DNA of 64,000 nt, from contig OZ037844.1 of the NCBI GenBank assembly GCA_964035575.1, positions 496,001 through 560,000 on the forward strand, read 5' to 3'. The stretch is from Rhynchopus sp. YZ270_cl-10 (Eukaryota). Below the pieces are notes generated by a model. It was not told where the DNA came from and did not search any database. It saw only the letters and a list, made by a program, of their open reading frames with translations. Positions within the stretch are counted from its first letter, which is position 1. Each line of letters starts with the position of its first letter. Both the position numbers and the translations under genes were made by a program. Positions 30,760-43,122 of this stretch are shown one piece after another.

Positions 30760-33182
30760 AACAAGACACCTCTTTTGGATATAGACGCAGAAGAGAAAGG
30801 GGGATGTGTAATCAGTTTCCTATTGAGGTGTGTGGTGTGTCGTGTGTGGTGCGTGGGGATATATCTGATTGACCATTGCTGTCAATCCGTGAATTATTCA
30901 ACACAAAAGTAACAAAGGGGAGGGAAACAGTCTTTTTATTAACGTCAATAGCAATATCGACGAGAAAAACGCATGGTGGTTGAAAATCGGGGAGTTTGTG
31001 TGTGATGGGGATATATTAGAATGAAAAAGTGGTGGGACACAGGAAAATACCGGTATGTGTTTTGAGGCACACCCACGTGTCTGCTGAGTGCTTACAGATT
31101 TTTCAAGAAATATAAATACTTTGGACAGGGGTTCTTAGTAGCGAGCCATCCCCTAATTAGATGGAGAGGAATAGCGCGAAAGGAGTGTAATGATGCAAAA
31201 AGCTTTTAATGGGTTATAGACAACAAAAGGTGTTGCCTCAGTGTTATGATACACAAACAAAAAGGGTTGAAGTGGGTCTTTGAGTGGGGTTAAATAGTAG
31301 GCAAGAGATGAGAGGGAGAACTGAACATACAATGTGTAAAGGTTATGACACTGGCCCGTCGCAGAGCCTGAGGACGAGGCTTCTGCTTCCAGTGTGTTAG
31401 GGGGTGTCGCTACTCACCTGTCCGAGGACAGCTGTCCTTATGAGTGCGTGTGGTGTAATGTACATGTGGTGTAGGGGATGGGAGGGGAAGGTGTGGGGTG
31501 GGGTGGGGTGTGGTGGGGGTTCAATCGCTTCCCGCACGGTGACCATGCGCCCCAGTAATTTCATGATCGTACTTTCCATGTTTTTGTTCACACTTCCTTT
31601 CGTGGGCGAGGAGGAGATGATGTGACGCCATTCCTGGGCCATACCGTTCACCTCACACCGCTCTTTCCCTTTTGGGTTTCTTCACACACGTCTTTGCACC
31701 TTCGCACTCAATTGCAGAATCAATGGAAACAGCATAATTCAGATAGTAATAGAACGACGTTGTTGCTCTTTCACCACTGATACGACCATTTCCCATGCAC
31801 TCCAAAAAGCAAAGAATACTTCACAATTAACAACGTTCTGACACTTTCATCATCATGATTCATTCATGAACAATAACCGAGGTGTTACCTCAAGACTGCC
31901 ACACATCTGAAGTAACAATAGAGATAAGGACAGTAACAAAAGGGGGTTGGGGTTGGGCACAGACCCAATGCGCCACAAAGTTAAGAGGTGTGTGTAAAGC
32001 ATTTATGCGGTGTAGGGGAGGGAGTATTAACAAGGGTGGGGTGGGGTGGATCACTAATCATCACACAGACACTGTCCTTCCACTACGTCGCTGCTGGAAC
32101 TCCAGTTGTATCATTCTTGCGGAGGACTCTTTAGGAACTTTGCTGACAAGCAATGCAAGACAAAGACTCAATATTATTTCATTGTTGAACGATCATCGCA
32201 CTGCACTGCATCTCCATGAGGGAGGGGTTTCAAAGAAAACAAGTAATTGCTATCGGAAAAAAAACGGGGTGTGCTGTGGAACTCCATCCTGTAGAAATAA
32301 TCTACAACACACCCAGCATTCTGCTCTTCTGCAGGCATGCTAACGCTCTTCGTACGCTGCCAGACCCACTGGGACGCCAGCATCTGTAACGTTCAAGAAG
32401 GGGGGCTGTCCTCTTCGTCCAGCACCATCTGCTCGATAGCGTTGTTGGACGCCCGCTCGGCAGGCTCGGCGTGGTCCAGCTCGTTTTTGTCCACAGGCTC
32501 CCCACATTGTCGTCGTCGTTGGAGCAGTGCGGAAGGAACACAGAATGCACAGACTACAACACATCGATCACACCAGGCGCATCAGCACCTCCAGCAAATC
32601 GCCAGGATGCTACGGTGGTTTCGAAAATCACGCGGAGTTTTCCACAGCACACCCCGCTTTTTTCTTAGCAATTACTTGTCCTTGTTGTTATTGTTGTTTT
32701 CAACCACCTTCCTTCAACCCTTGTAGGATCAGTTGTTATTTCTTTCGCGAAAACATGAAATTACACATTTCAAGAGAACAAATTAAAAAGGGTCCTTATT
32801 TGCATTTTTGGGCTCCGCCCGTGCAGTGGTGGGGTCAATCTCGAAAATTGGACAATTTTTTGACCACTTAAATTTTGAGAAATATGAGCCCGGTTGCTTA
32901 TACGTGGGGCCCATTTTCGGCTAAAATTTTCCTCAAAATCTGGTTTTGTAAAATTGACCCATTACTCCCCCCCCACATCGATTTCAATACTATACCTTAC
33001 TTCACCTACGGTTGTCCTTACAGGGGGGTGAAAGAAGGTAAGTTGACAATGATTCACATCAAGAGCCGCAGAGGCTGTGTTCCCATTGCGGTCACCTCAG
33101 ATGTTTGTTGGTGTAAAGAAAAATGAAGAGTTTCTGAGGTGAACAATACGACCCTTGCTATTCCCGCTATTCCTCCGTGCTC

Positions 33183-34880
33183 TCACAGTCCTTTACTTTC
33201 ATCTTTGCGTTGTGCCTTTTCCAGACTTTCGATCTCCTCCGCAAGCCGCTTACTCTTCTCTGCCAGCTTCGCGTTCTGCTCGCTGCACTGCCTCACTGTC
33301 TCCCTCATCTCAGCACATTCCGCTCTGAGCTCTGCCATGCCGCCTTGCTGCGGCTGCTCCGAGACCGGCGCCGTCTGCTGTGTCGGCCCCAGCACCCCCT
33401 TCTGTGCCTCCAACATCTCCTTCTGCTGGTCCATAACACTCTTCATCATTTCCTGCAGTGCTTTCATTTCCTCCTTCATCGCATTGCCCTGCTCCGGTGC
33501 TGTTTTCAGTGCAGGGTTGCCCCACCTGTCTGTCTGCAAGCCCACAAGATAGCGCACAGTCTCGGTGTGCCCATTATCTCCTGCAAGGGAAAGACAGGTG
33601 TTACCTTCGTTGTCTGTGGCACTCACTTCCGCACCTGCTTTGACCAACATCTTCACAATTGCCATATTCCCGTCCTCGCTGGCCAAATGCAGAGGCGAAC
33701 GGTCCATCTCTTCCTTCGCCTCGATGTCTGCCCCTGCATCAATGAGCACCTCCACCACATCGACATGTCTGTTGTCCACAGCTCTGTGCAACGCTGTGAA
33801 GTCCTCATCACCTGCGTGATTCACGTCCACATCCTTCAAGCCCACAAGATAGCGCACAGTCTCCGTCTGCCCATTATCTGTAGCAAGGATAAGACACGTG
33901 TCACCTTCGTTGTCTGTGGTACTAACTTCCGCACCTGCTTTCACCAACATCTTCACAATTGCCAGATACCCGTTCTCGCTGGCCAAGTGCAGAGGCGAAC
34001 GGTCCATCTCTTCCTTCGCCTCGATGTCTGCCCCTGCATCAATGAGCACCTCCACCACATCGATCTCTCCTTCAACCACCGCACTGTGCACCGCAGTGAA
34101 GTCCAAATTATTTTTGTGATTCACGTCCACATCATTCAAGCCCACAAGATAGCGTACAGTCTCGGTGTGTCCAAAATAAGCTGCAATAGTAAGACACGTG
34201 TCACAGTTAGTGTCTGTGGCACTTACTTCTGCTCCTGCTTCGACCAACATCTTCACAATTGCCAGATACCCCTCACTGCTAGCCAAGTGCAGAGGCGAAC
34301 GACCCAAGTAGTTCTTTGCGTCGACGTCTGCCCCTGCATCAATGAGCACCTCGACCACATCGACATGTCCGTCGTCCACAGCTCTGTGCAACGCAGTGAA
34401 GTCCTCATCATCTGCGTGATTCACGTCCACATCCTCCAAGCCCACAAGATAGCGCACAGTCTCGGTGTGTCCAAATCGGGCCGCAAGGATAAGACACGTG
34501 TTACCTTGATTGTCTGTTGTACTCACTTCCGCACCTGCTTTGACCAACATCTTCACCTTTGCTATATTGCCATTCTCGCAAGCCACAAGCAGAGGCGAAC
34601 GACCCATGTCGTTCTTTGCCTCGATGTCTGCCCCTGCATCAACAAGCGCCTGCACCACATCACGATAGGTTTTCTTTGCTTCCCAGTGCAACGCAGTCAT
34701 CCCATTCTCATCTGCGTGATTCACGTCCACCTCCGGCAAACCCGCAAGATTGCGCACAGCCTCGGTGTGTCCATGATGTGCTGCAGGCACTTCACTCGCC
34801 ACATGTGTGGTGTTCCAGCGTCGACCGAACCGAATCATCCTTCTGTCGCGCAAACATCTCACAGAAAAACCCTTCAACAT
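33183..34880 (-). CDS. Ankyrin-array copy C2, 565 aa
   Basis: Translation identical to C1. Confidence 0.9.
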   Translation of the reverse strand: MLKGFSVRCLRDRRMIRFGRRWNTTHVASEVPAAHHGHTEAVRNLAGLPEVDVNHADENGMTALHWEAKKTYRDVVQALVDAGADIEAKNDMGRSPLLVACENGNIAKVKMLVKAGAEVSTTDNQGNTCLILAARFGHTETVRYLVGLEDVDVNHADDEDFTALHRAVDDGHVDVVEVLIDAGADVDAKNYLGRSPLHLASSEGYLAIVKMLVEAGAEVSATDTNCDTCLTIAAYFGHTETVRYLVGLNDVDVNHKNNLDFTAVHSAVVEGEIDVVEVLIDAGADIEAKEEMDRSPLHLASENGYLAIVKMLVKAGAEVSTTDNEGDTCLILATDNGQTETVRYLVGLKDVDVNHAGDEDFTALHRAVDNRHVDVVEVLIDAGADIEAKEEMDRSPLHLASEDGNMAIVKMLVKAGAEVSATDNEGNTCLSLAGDNGHTETVRYLVGLQTDRWGNPALKTAPEQGNAMKEEMKALQEMMKSVMDQQKEMLEAQKGVLGPTQQTAPVSEQPQQGGMAELRAECAEMRETVRQCSEQNAKLAEKSKRLAEEIESLEKAQRKDESKGL

Positions 34881-37303
34881 AACAAGACACCTCTTTTGGA
34901 TATAGACGCAGAAGAGAAAGGGGGATGTGTAATCAGTTTCCTATTGAGGTGTGTGGTGTGTCGTGTGTGGTGCGTGGGGATATATCTGATTGACCATTGC
35001 TGTCAATCCGTGAATTATTCAACACAAAAGTAACAAAGGGGAGGGAAACAGTCTTTTTATTAACGTCAATAGCAATATCGACGAGAAAAACGCATGGTGG
35101 TTGAAAATCGGGGAGTTTGTGTGTGATGGGGATATATTAGAATGAAAAAGTGGTGGGACACAGGAAAATACCGGTATGTGTTTTGAGGCACACCCACGTG
35201 TCTGCTGAGTGCTTACAGATTTTTCAAGAAATATAAATACTTTGGACAGGGGTTCTTAGTAGCGAGCCATCCCCTAATTAGATGGAGAGGAATAGCGCGA
35301 AAGGAGTGTAATGATGCAAAAAGCTTTTAATGGGTTATAGACAACAAAAGGTGTTGCCTCAGTGTTATGATACACAAACAAAAAGGGTTGAAGTGGGTCT
35401 TTGAGTGGGGTTAAATAGTAGGCAAGAGATGAGAGGGAGAACTGAACATACAATGTGTAAAGGTTATGACACTGGCCCGTCGCAGAGCCTGAGGACGAGG
35501 CTTCTGCTTCCAGTGTGTTAGGGGGTGTCGCTACTCACCTGTCCGAGGACAGCTGTCCTTATGAGTGCGTGTGGTGTAATGTACATGTGGTGTAGGGGAT
35601 GGGAGGGGAAGGTGTGGGGTGGGGTGGGGTGTGGTGGGGGTTCAATCGCTTCCCGCACGGTGACCATGCGCCCCAGTAATTTCATGATCGTACTTTCCAT
35701 GTTTTTGTTCACACTTCCTTTCGTGGGCGAGGAGGAGATGATGTGACGCCATTCCTGGGCCATACCGTTCACCTCACACCGCTCTTTCCCTTTTGGGTTT
35801 CTTCACACACGTCTTTGCACCTTCGCACTCAATTGCAGAATCAATGGAAACAGCATAATTCAGATAGTAATAGAACGACGTTGTTGCTCTTTCACCACTG
35901 ATACGACCATTTCCCATGCACTCCAAAAAGCAAAGAATACTTCACAATTAACAACGTTCTGACACTTTCATCATCATGATTCATTCATGAACAATAACCG
36001 AGGTGTTACCTCAAGACTGCCACACATCTGAAGTAACAATAGAGATAAGGACAGTAACAAAAGGGGGTTGGGGTTGGGCACAGACCCAATGCGCCACAAA
36101 GTTAAGAGGTGTGTGTAAAGCATTTATGCGGTGTAGGGGAGGGAGTATTAACAAGGGTGGGGTGGGGTGGATCACTAATCATCACACAGACACTGTCCTT
36201 CCACTACGTCGCTGCTGGAACTCCAGTTGTATCATTCTTGCGGAGGACTCTTTAGGAACTTTGCTGACAAGCAATGCAAGACAAAGACTCAATATTATTT
36301 CATTGTTGAACGATCATCGCACTGCACTGCATCTCCATGAGGGAGGGGTTTCAAAGAAAACAAGTAATTGCTATCGGAAAAAAAACGGGGTGTGCTGTGG
36401 AACTCCATCCTGTAGAAATAATCTACAACACACCCAGCATTCTGCTCTTCTGCAGGCATGCTAACGCTCTTCGTACGCTGCCAGACCCACTGGGACGCCA
36501 GCATCTGTAACGTTCAAGAAGGGGGGCTGTCCTCTTCGTCCAGCACCATCTGCTCGATAGCGTTGTTGGACGCCCGCTCGGCAGGCTCGGCGTGGTCCAG
36601 CTCGTTTTTGTCCACAGGCTCCCCACATTGTCGTCGTCGTTGGAGCAGTGCGGAAGGAACACAGAATGCACAGACTACAACACATCGATCACACCAGGCG
36701 CATCAGCACCTCCAGCAAATCGCCAGGATGCTACGGTGGTTTCGAAAATCACGCGGAGTTTTCCACAGCACACCCCGCTTTTTTCTTAGCAATTACTTGT
36801 CCTTGTTGTTATTGTTGTTTTCAACCACCTTCCTTCAACCCTTGTAGGATCAGTTGTTATTTCTTTCGCGAAAACATGAAATTACACATTTCAAGAGAAC
36901 AAATTAAAAAGGGTCCTTATTTGCATTTTTGGGCTCCGCCCGTGCAGTGGTGGGGTCAATCTCGAAAATTGGACAATTTTTTGACCACTTAAATTTTGAG
37001 AAATATGAGCCCGGTTGCTTATACGTGGGGCCCATTTTCGGCTAAAATTTTCCTCAAAATCTGGTTTTGTAAAATTGACCCATTACTCCCCCCCCACATC
37101 GATTTCAATACTATACCTTACTTCACCTACGGTTGTCCTTACAGGGGGGTGAAAGAAGGTAAGTTGACAATGATTCACATCAAGAGCCGCAGAGGCTGTG
37201 TTCCCATTGCGGTCACCTCAGATGTTTGTTGGTGTAAAGAAAAATGAAGAGTTTCTGAGGTGAACAATACGACCCTTGCTATTCCCGCTATTCCTCCGTG
37301 CTC

Positions 37304-39001
37304 TCACAGTCCTTTACTTTCATCTTTGCGTTGTGCCTTTTCCAGACTTTCGATCTCCTCCGCAAGCCGCTTACTCTTCTCTGCCAGCTTCGCGTTCTGC
37401 TCGCTGCACTGCCTCACTGTCTCCCTCATCTCAGCACATTCCGCTCTGAGCTCTGCCATGCCGCCTTGCTGCGGCTGCTCCGAGACCGGCGCCGTCTGCT
37501 GTGTCGGCCCCAGCACCCCCTTCTGTGCCTCCAACATCTCCTTCTGCTGGTCCATAACACTCTTCATCATTTCCTGCAGTGCTTTCATTTCCTCCTTCAT
37601 CGCATTGCCCTGCTCCGGTGCTGTTTTCAGTGCAGGGTTGCCCCACCTGTCTGTCTGCAAGCCCACAAGATAGCGCACAGTCTCGGTGTGCCCATTATCT
37701 CCTGCAAGGGAAAGACAGGTGTTACCTTCGTTGTCTGTGGCACTCACTTCCGCACCTGCTTTGACCAACATCTTCACAATTGCCATATTCCCGTCCTCGC
37801 TGGCCAAATGCAGAGGCGAACGGTCCATCTCTTCCTTCGCCTCGATGTCTGCCCCTGCATCAATGAGCACCTCCACCACATCGACATGTCTGTTGTCCAC
37901 AGCTCTGTGCAACGCTGTGAAGTCCTCATCACCTGCGTGATTCACGTCCACATCCTTCAAGCCCACAAGATAGCGCACAGTCTCCGTCTGCCCATTATCT
38001 GTAGCAAGGATAAGACACGTGTCACCTTCGTTGTCTGTGGTACTAACTTCCGCACCTGCTTTCACCAACATCTTCACAATTGCCAGATACCCGTTCTCGC
38101 TGGCCAAGTGCAGAGGCGAACGGTCCATCTCTTCCTTCGCCTCGATGTCTGCCCCTGCATCAATGAGCACCTCCACCACATCGATCTCTCCTTCAACCAC
38201 CGCACTGTGCACCGCAGTGAAGTCCAAATTATTTTTGTGATTCACGTCCACATCATTCAAGCCCACAAGATAGCGTACAGTCTCGGTGTGTCCAAAATAA
38301 GCTGCAATAGTAAGACACGTGTCACAGTTAGTGTCTGTGGCACTTACTTCTGCTCCTGCTTCGACCAACATCTTCACAATTGCCAGATACCCCTCACTGC
38401 TAGCCAAGTGCAGAGGCGAACGACCCAAGTAGTTCTTTGCGTCGACGTCTGCCCCTGCATCAATGAGCACCTCGACCACATCGACATGTCCGTCGTCCAC
38501 AGCTCTGTGCAACGCAGTGAAGTCCTCATCATCTGCGTGATTCACGTCCACATCCTCCAAGCCCACAAGATAGCGCACAGTCTCGGTGTGTCCAAATCGG
38601 GCCGCAAGGATAAGACACGTGTTACCTTGATTGTCTGTTGTACTCACTTCCGCACCTGCTTTGACCAACATCTTCACCTTTGCTATATTGCCATTCTCGC
38701 AAGCCACAAGCAGAGGCGAACGACCCATGTCGTTCTTTGCCTCGATGTCTGCCCCTGCATCAACAAGCGCCTGCACCACATCACGATAGGTTTTCTTTGC
38801 TTCCCAGTGCAACGCAGTCATCCCATTCTCATCTGCGTGATTCACGTCCACCTCCGGCAAACCCGCAAGATTGCGCACAGCCTCGGTGTGTCCATGATGT
38901 GCTGCAGGCACTTCACTCGCCACATGTGTGGTGTTCCAGCGTCGACCGAACCGAATCATCCTTCTGTCGCGCAAACATCTCACAGAAAAACCCTTCAACA
39001 T
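37304..39001 (-). CDS. Ankyrin-array copy C3, 565 aa
   Basis: Translation identical to C1. Confidence 0.9.
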   Translation of the reverse strand: MLKGFSVRCLRDRRMIRFGRRWNTTHVASEVPAAHHGHTEAVRNLAGLPEVDVNHADENGMTALHWEAKKTYRDVVQALVDAGADIEAKNDMGRSPLLVACENGNIAKVKMLVKAGAEVSTTDNQGNTCLILAARFGHTETVRYLVGLEDVDVNHADDEDFTALHRAVDDGHVDVVEVLIDAGADVDAKNYLGRSPLHLASSEGYLAIVKMLVEAGAEVSATDTNCDTCLTIAAYFGHTETVRYLVGLNDVDVNHKNNLDFTAVHSAVVEGEIDVVEVLIDAGADIEAKEEMDRSPLHLASENGYLAIVKMLVKAGAEVSTTDNEGDTCLILATDNGQTETVRYLVGLKDVDVNHAGDEDFTALHRAVDNRHVDVVEVLIDAGADIEAKEEMDRSPLHLASEDGNMAIVKMLVKAGAEVSATDNEGNTCLSLAGDNGHTETVRYLVGLQTDRWGNPALKTAPEQGNAMKEEMKALQEMMKSVMDQQKEMLEAQKGVLGPTQQTAPVSEQPQQGGMAELRAECAEMRETVRQCSEQNAKLAEKSKRLAEEIESLEKAQRKDESKGL

Positions 39002-41424
39002 AACAAGACACCTCTTTTGGATATAGACGCAGAAGAGAAAGGGGGATGTGTAATCAGTTTCCTATTGAGGTGTGTGGTGTGTCGTGTGTGGTGCGTGGGG
39101 ATATATCTGATTGACCATTGCTGTCAATCCGTGAATTATTCAACACAAAAGTAACAAAGGGGAGGGAAACAGTCTTTTTATTAACGTCAATAGCAATATC
39201 GACGAGAAAAACGCATGGTGGTTGAAAATCGGGGAGTTTGTGTGTGATGGGGATATATTAGAATGAAAAAGTGGTGGGACACAGGAAAATACCGGTATGT
39301 GTTTTGAGGCACACCCACGTGTCTGCTGAGTGCTTACAGATTTTTCAAGAAATATAAATACTTTGGACAGGGGTTCTTAGTAGCGAGCCATCCCCTAATT
39401 AGATGGAGAGGAATAGCGCGAAAGGAGTGTAATGATGCAAAAAGCTTTTAATGGGTTATAGACAACAAAAGGTGTTGCCTCAGTGTTATGATACACAAAC
39501 AAAAAGGGTTGAAGTGGGTCTTTGAGTGGGGTTAAATAGTAGGCAAGAGATGAGAGGGAGAACTGAACATACAATGTGTAAAGGTTATGACACTGGCCCG
39601 TCGCAGAGCCTGAGGACGAGGCTTCTGCTTCCAGTGTGTTAGGGGGTGTCGCTACTCACCTGTCCGAGGACAGCTGTCCTTATGAGTGCGTGTGGTGTAA
39701 TGTACATGTGGTGTAGGGGATGGGAGGGGAAGGTGTGGGGTGGGGTGGGGTGTGGTGGGGGTTCAATCGCTTCCCGCACGGTGACCATGCGCCCCAGTAA
39801 TTTCATGATCGTACTTTCCATGTTTTTGTTCACACTTCCTTTCGTGGGCGAGGAGGAGATGATGTGACGCCATTCCTGGGCCATACCGTTCACCTCACAC
39901 CGCTCTTTCCCTTTTGGGTTTCTTCACACACGTCTTTGCACCTTCGCACTCAATTGCAGAATCAATGGAAACAGCATAATTCAGATAGTAATAGAACGAC
40001 GTTGTTGCTCTTTCACCACTGATACGACCATTTCCCATGCACTCCAAAAAGCAAAGAATACTTCACAATTAACAACGTTCTGACACTTTCATCATCATGA
40101 TTCATTCATGAACAATAACCGAGGTGTTACCTCAAGACTGCCACACATCTGAAGTAACAATAGAGATAAGGACAGTAACAAAAGGGGGTTGGGGTTGGGC
40201 ACAGACCCAATGCGCCACAAAGTTAAGAGGTGTGTGTAAAGCATTTATGCGGTGTAGGGGAGGGAGTATTAACAAGGGTGGGGTGGGGTGGATCACTAAT
40301 CATCACACAGACACTGTCCTTCCACTACGTCGCTGCTGGAACTCCAGTTGTATCATTCTTGCGGAGGACTCTTTAGGAACTTTGCTGACAAGCAATGCAA
40401 GACAAAGACTCAATATTATTTCATTGTTGAACGATCATCGCACTGCACTGCATCTCCATGAGGGAGGGGTTTCAAAGAAAACAAGTAATTGCTATCGGAA
40501 AAAAAACGGGGTGTGCTGTGGAACTCCATCCTGTAGAAATAATCTACAACACACCCAGCATTCTGCTCTTCTGCAGGCATGCTAACGCTCTTCGTACGCT
40601 GCCAGACCCACTGGGACGCCAGCATCTGTAACGTTCAAGAAGGGGGGCTGTCCTCTTCGTCCAGCACCATCTGCTCGATAGCGTTGTTGGACGCCCGCTC
40701 GGCAGGCTCGGCGTGGTCCAGCTCGTTTTTGTCCACAGGCTCCCCACATTGTCGTCGTCGTTGGAGCAGTGCGGAAGGAACACAGAATGCACAGACTACA
40801 ACACATCGATCACACCAGGCGCATCAGCACCTCCAGCAAATCGCCAGGATGCTACGGTGGTTTCGAAAATCACGCGGAGTTTTCCACAGCACACCCCGCT
40901 TTTTTCTTAGCAATTACTTGTCCTTGTTGTTATTGTTGTTTTCAACCACCTTCCTTCAACCCTTGTAGGATCAGTTGTTATTTCTTTCGCGAAAACATGA
41001 AATTACACATTTCAAGAGAACAAATTAAAAAGGGTCCTTATTTGCATTTTTGGGCTCCGCCCGTGCAGTGGTGGGGTCAATCTCGAAAATTGGACAATTT
41101 TTTGACCACTTAAATTTTGAGAAATATGAGCCCGGTTGCTTATACGTGGGGCCCATTTTCGGCTAAAATTTTCCTCAAAATCTGGTTTTGTAAAATTGAC
41201 CCATTACTCCCCCCCCACATCGATTTCAATACTATACCTTACTTCACCTACGGTTGTCCTTACAGGGGGGTGAAAGAAGGTAAGTTGACAATGATTCACA
41301 TCAAGAGCCGCAGAGGCTGTGTTCCCATTGCGGTCACCTCAGATGTTTGTTGGTGTAAAGAAAAATGAAGAGTTTCTGAGGTGAACAATACGACCCTTGC
41401 TATTCCCGCTATTCCTCCGTGCTC

Positions 41425-43122
41425 TCACAGTCCTTTACTTTCATCTTTGCGTTGTGCCTTTTCCAGACTTTCGATCTCCTCCGCAAGCCGCTTACTCTTC
41501 TCTGCCAGCTTCGCGTTCTGCTCGCTGCACTGCCTCACTGTCTCCCTCATCTCAGCACATTCCGCTCTGAGCTCTGCCATGCCGCCTTGCTGCGGCTGCT
41601 CCGAGACCGGCGCCGTCTGCTGTGTCGGCCCCAGCACCCCCTTCTGTGCCTCCAACATCTCCTTCTGCTGGTCCATAACACTCTTCATCATTTCCTGCAG
41701 TGCTTTCATTTCCTCCTTCATCGCATTGCCCTGCTCCGGTGCTGTTTTCAGTGCAGGGTTGCCCCACCTGTCTGTCTGCAAGCCCACAAGATAGCGCACA
41801 GTCTCGGTGTGCCCATTATCTCCTGCAAGGGAAAGACAGGTGTTACCTTCGTTGTCTGTGGCACTCACTTCCGCACCTGCTTTGACCAACATCTTCACAA
41901 TTGCCATATTCCCGTCCTCGCTGGCCAAATGCAGAGGCGAACGGTCCATCTCTTCCTTCGCCTCGATGTCTGCCCCTGCATCAATGAGCACCTCCACCAC
42001 ATCGACATGTCTGTTGTCCACAGCTCTGTGCAACGCTGTGAAGTCCTCATCACCTGCGTGATTCACGTCCACATCCTTCAAGCCCACAAGATAGCGCACA
42101 GTCTCCGTCTGCCCATTATCTGTAGCAAGGATAAGACACGTGTCACCTTCGTTGTCTGTGGTACTAACTTCCGCACCTGCTTTCACCAACATCTTCACAA
42201 TTGCCAGATACCCGTTCTCGCTGGCCAAGTGCAGAGGCGAACGGTCCATCTCTTCCTTCGCCTCGATGTCTGCCCCTGCATCAATGAGCACCTCCACCAC
42301 ATCGATCTCTCCTTCAACCACCGCACTGTGCACCGCAGTGAAGTCCAAATTATTTTTGTGATTCACGTCCACATCATTCAAGCCCACAAGATAGCGTACA
42401 GTCTCGGTGTGTCCAAAATAAGCTGCAATAGTAAGACACGTGTCACAGTTAGTGTCTGTGGCACTTACTTCTGCTCCTGCTTCGACCAACATCTTCACAA
42501 TTGCCAGATACCCCTCACTGCTAGCCAAGTGCAGAGGCGAACGACCCAAGTAGTTCTTTGCGTCGACGTCTGCCCCTGCATCAATGAGCACCTCGACCAC
42601 ATCGACATGTCCGTCGTCCACAGCTCTGTGCAACGCAGTGAAGTCCTCATCATCTGCGTGATTCACGTCCACATCCTCCAAGCCCACAAGATAGCGCACA
42701 GTCTCGGTGTGTCCAAATCGGGCCGCAAGGATAAGACACGTGTTACCTTGATTGTCTGTTGTACTCACTTCCGCACCTGCTTTGACCAACATCTTCACCT
42801 TTGCTATATTGCCATTCTCGCAAGCCACAAGCAGAGGCGAACGACCCATGTCGTTCTTTGCCTCGATGTCTGCCCCTGCATCAACAAGCGCCTGCACCAC
42901 ATCACGATAGGTTTTCTTTGCTTCCCAGTGCAACGCAGTCATCCCATTCTCATCTGCGTGATTCACGTCCACCTCCGGCAAACCCGCAAGATTGCGCACA
43001 GCCTCGGTGTGTCCATGATGTGCTGCAGGCACTTCACTCGCCACATGTGTGGTGTTCCAGCGTCGACCGAACCGAATCATCCTTCTGTCGCGCAAACATC
43101 TCACAGAAAAACCCTTCAACAT
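41425..43122 (-). CDS. Ankyrin-array copy C4, 565 aa
   Basis: Translation identical to C1. Confidence 0.9.
   Translation of the reverse strand: MLKGFSVRCLRDRRMIRFGRRWNTTHVASEVPAAHHGHTEAVRNLAGLPEVDVNHADENGMTALHWEAKKTYRDVVQALVDAGADIEAKNDMGRSPLLVACENGNIAKVKMLVKAGAEVSTTDNQGNTCLILAARFGHTETVRYLVGLEDVDVNHADDEDFTALHRAVDDGHVDVVEVLIDAGADVDAKNYLGRSPLHLASSEGYLAIVKMLVEAGAEVSATDTNCDTCLTIAAYFGHTETVRYLVGLNDVDVNHKNNLDFTAVHSAVVEGEIDVVEVLIDAGADIEAKEEMDRSPLHLASENGYLAIVKMLVKAGAEVSTTDNEGDTCLILATDNGQTETVRYLVGLKDVDVNHAGDEDFTALHRAVDNRHVDVVEVLIDAGADIEAKEEMDRSPLHLASEDGNMAIVKMLVKAGAEVSATDNEGNTCLSLAGDNGHTETVRYLVGLQTDRWGNPALKTAPEQGNAMKEEMKALQEMMKSVMDQQKEMLEAQKGVLGPTQQTAPVSEQPQQGGMAELRAECAEMRETVRQCSEQNAKLAEKSKRLAEEIESLEKAQRKDESKGL

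Noticed and set aside
29056..30912. 618-aa + strand ORF (and its copies, plus 25202-26320)
   Set aside because: Antisense shadow of the repetitive ankyrin CDS; the His/Cys-rich translation has no independent domain signal.
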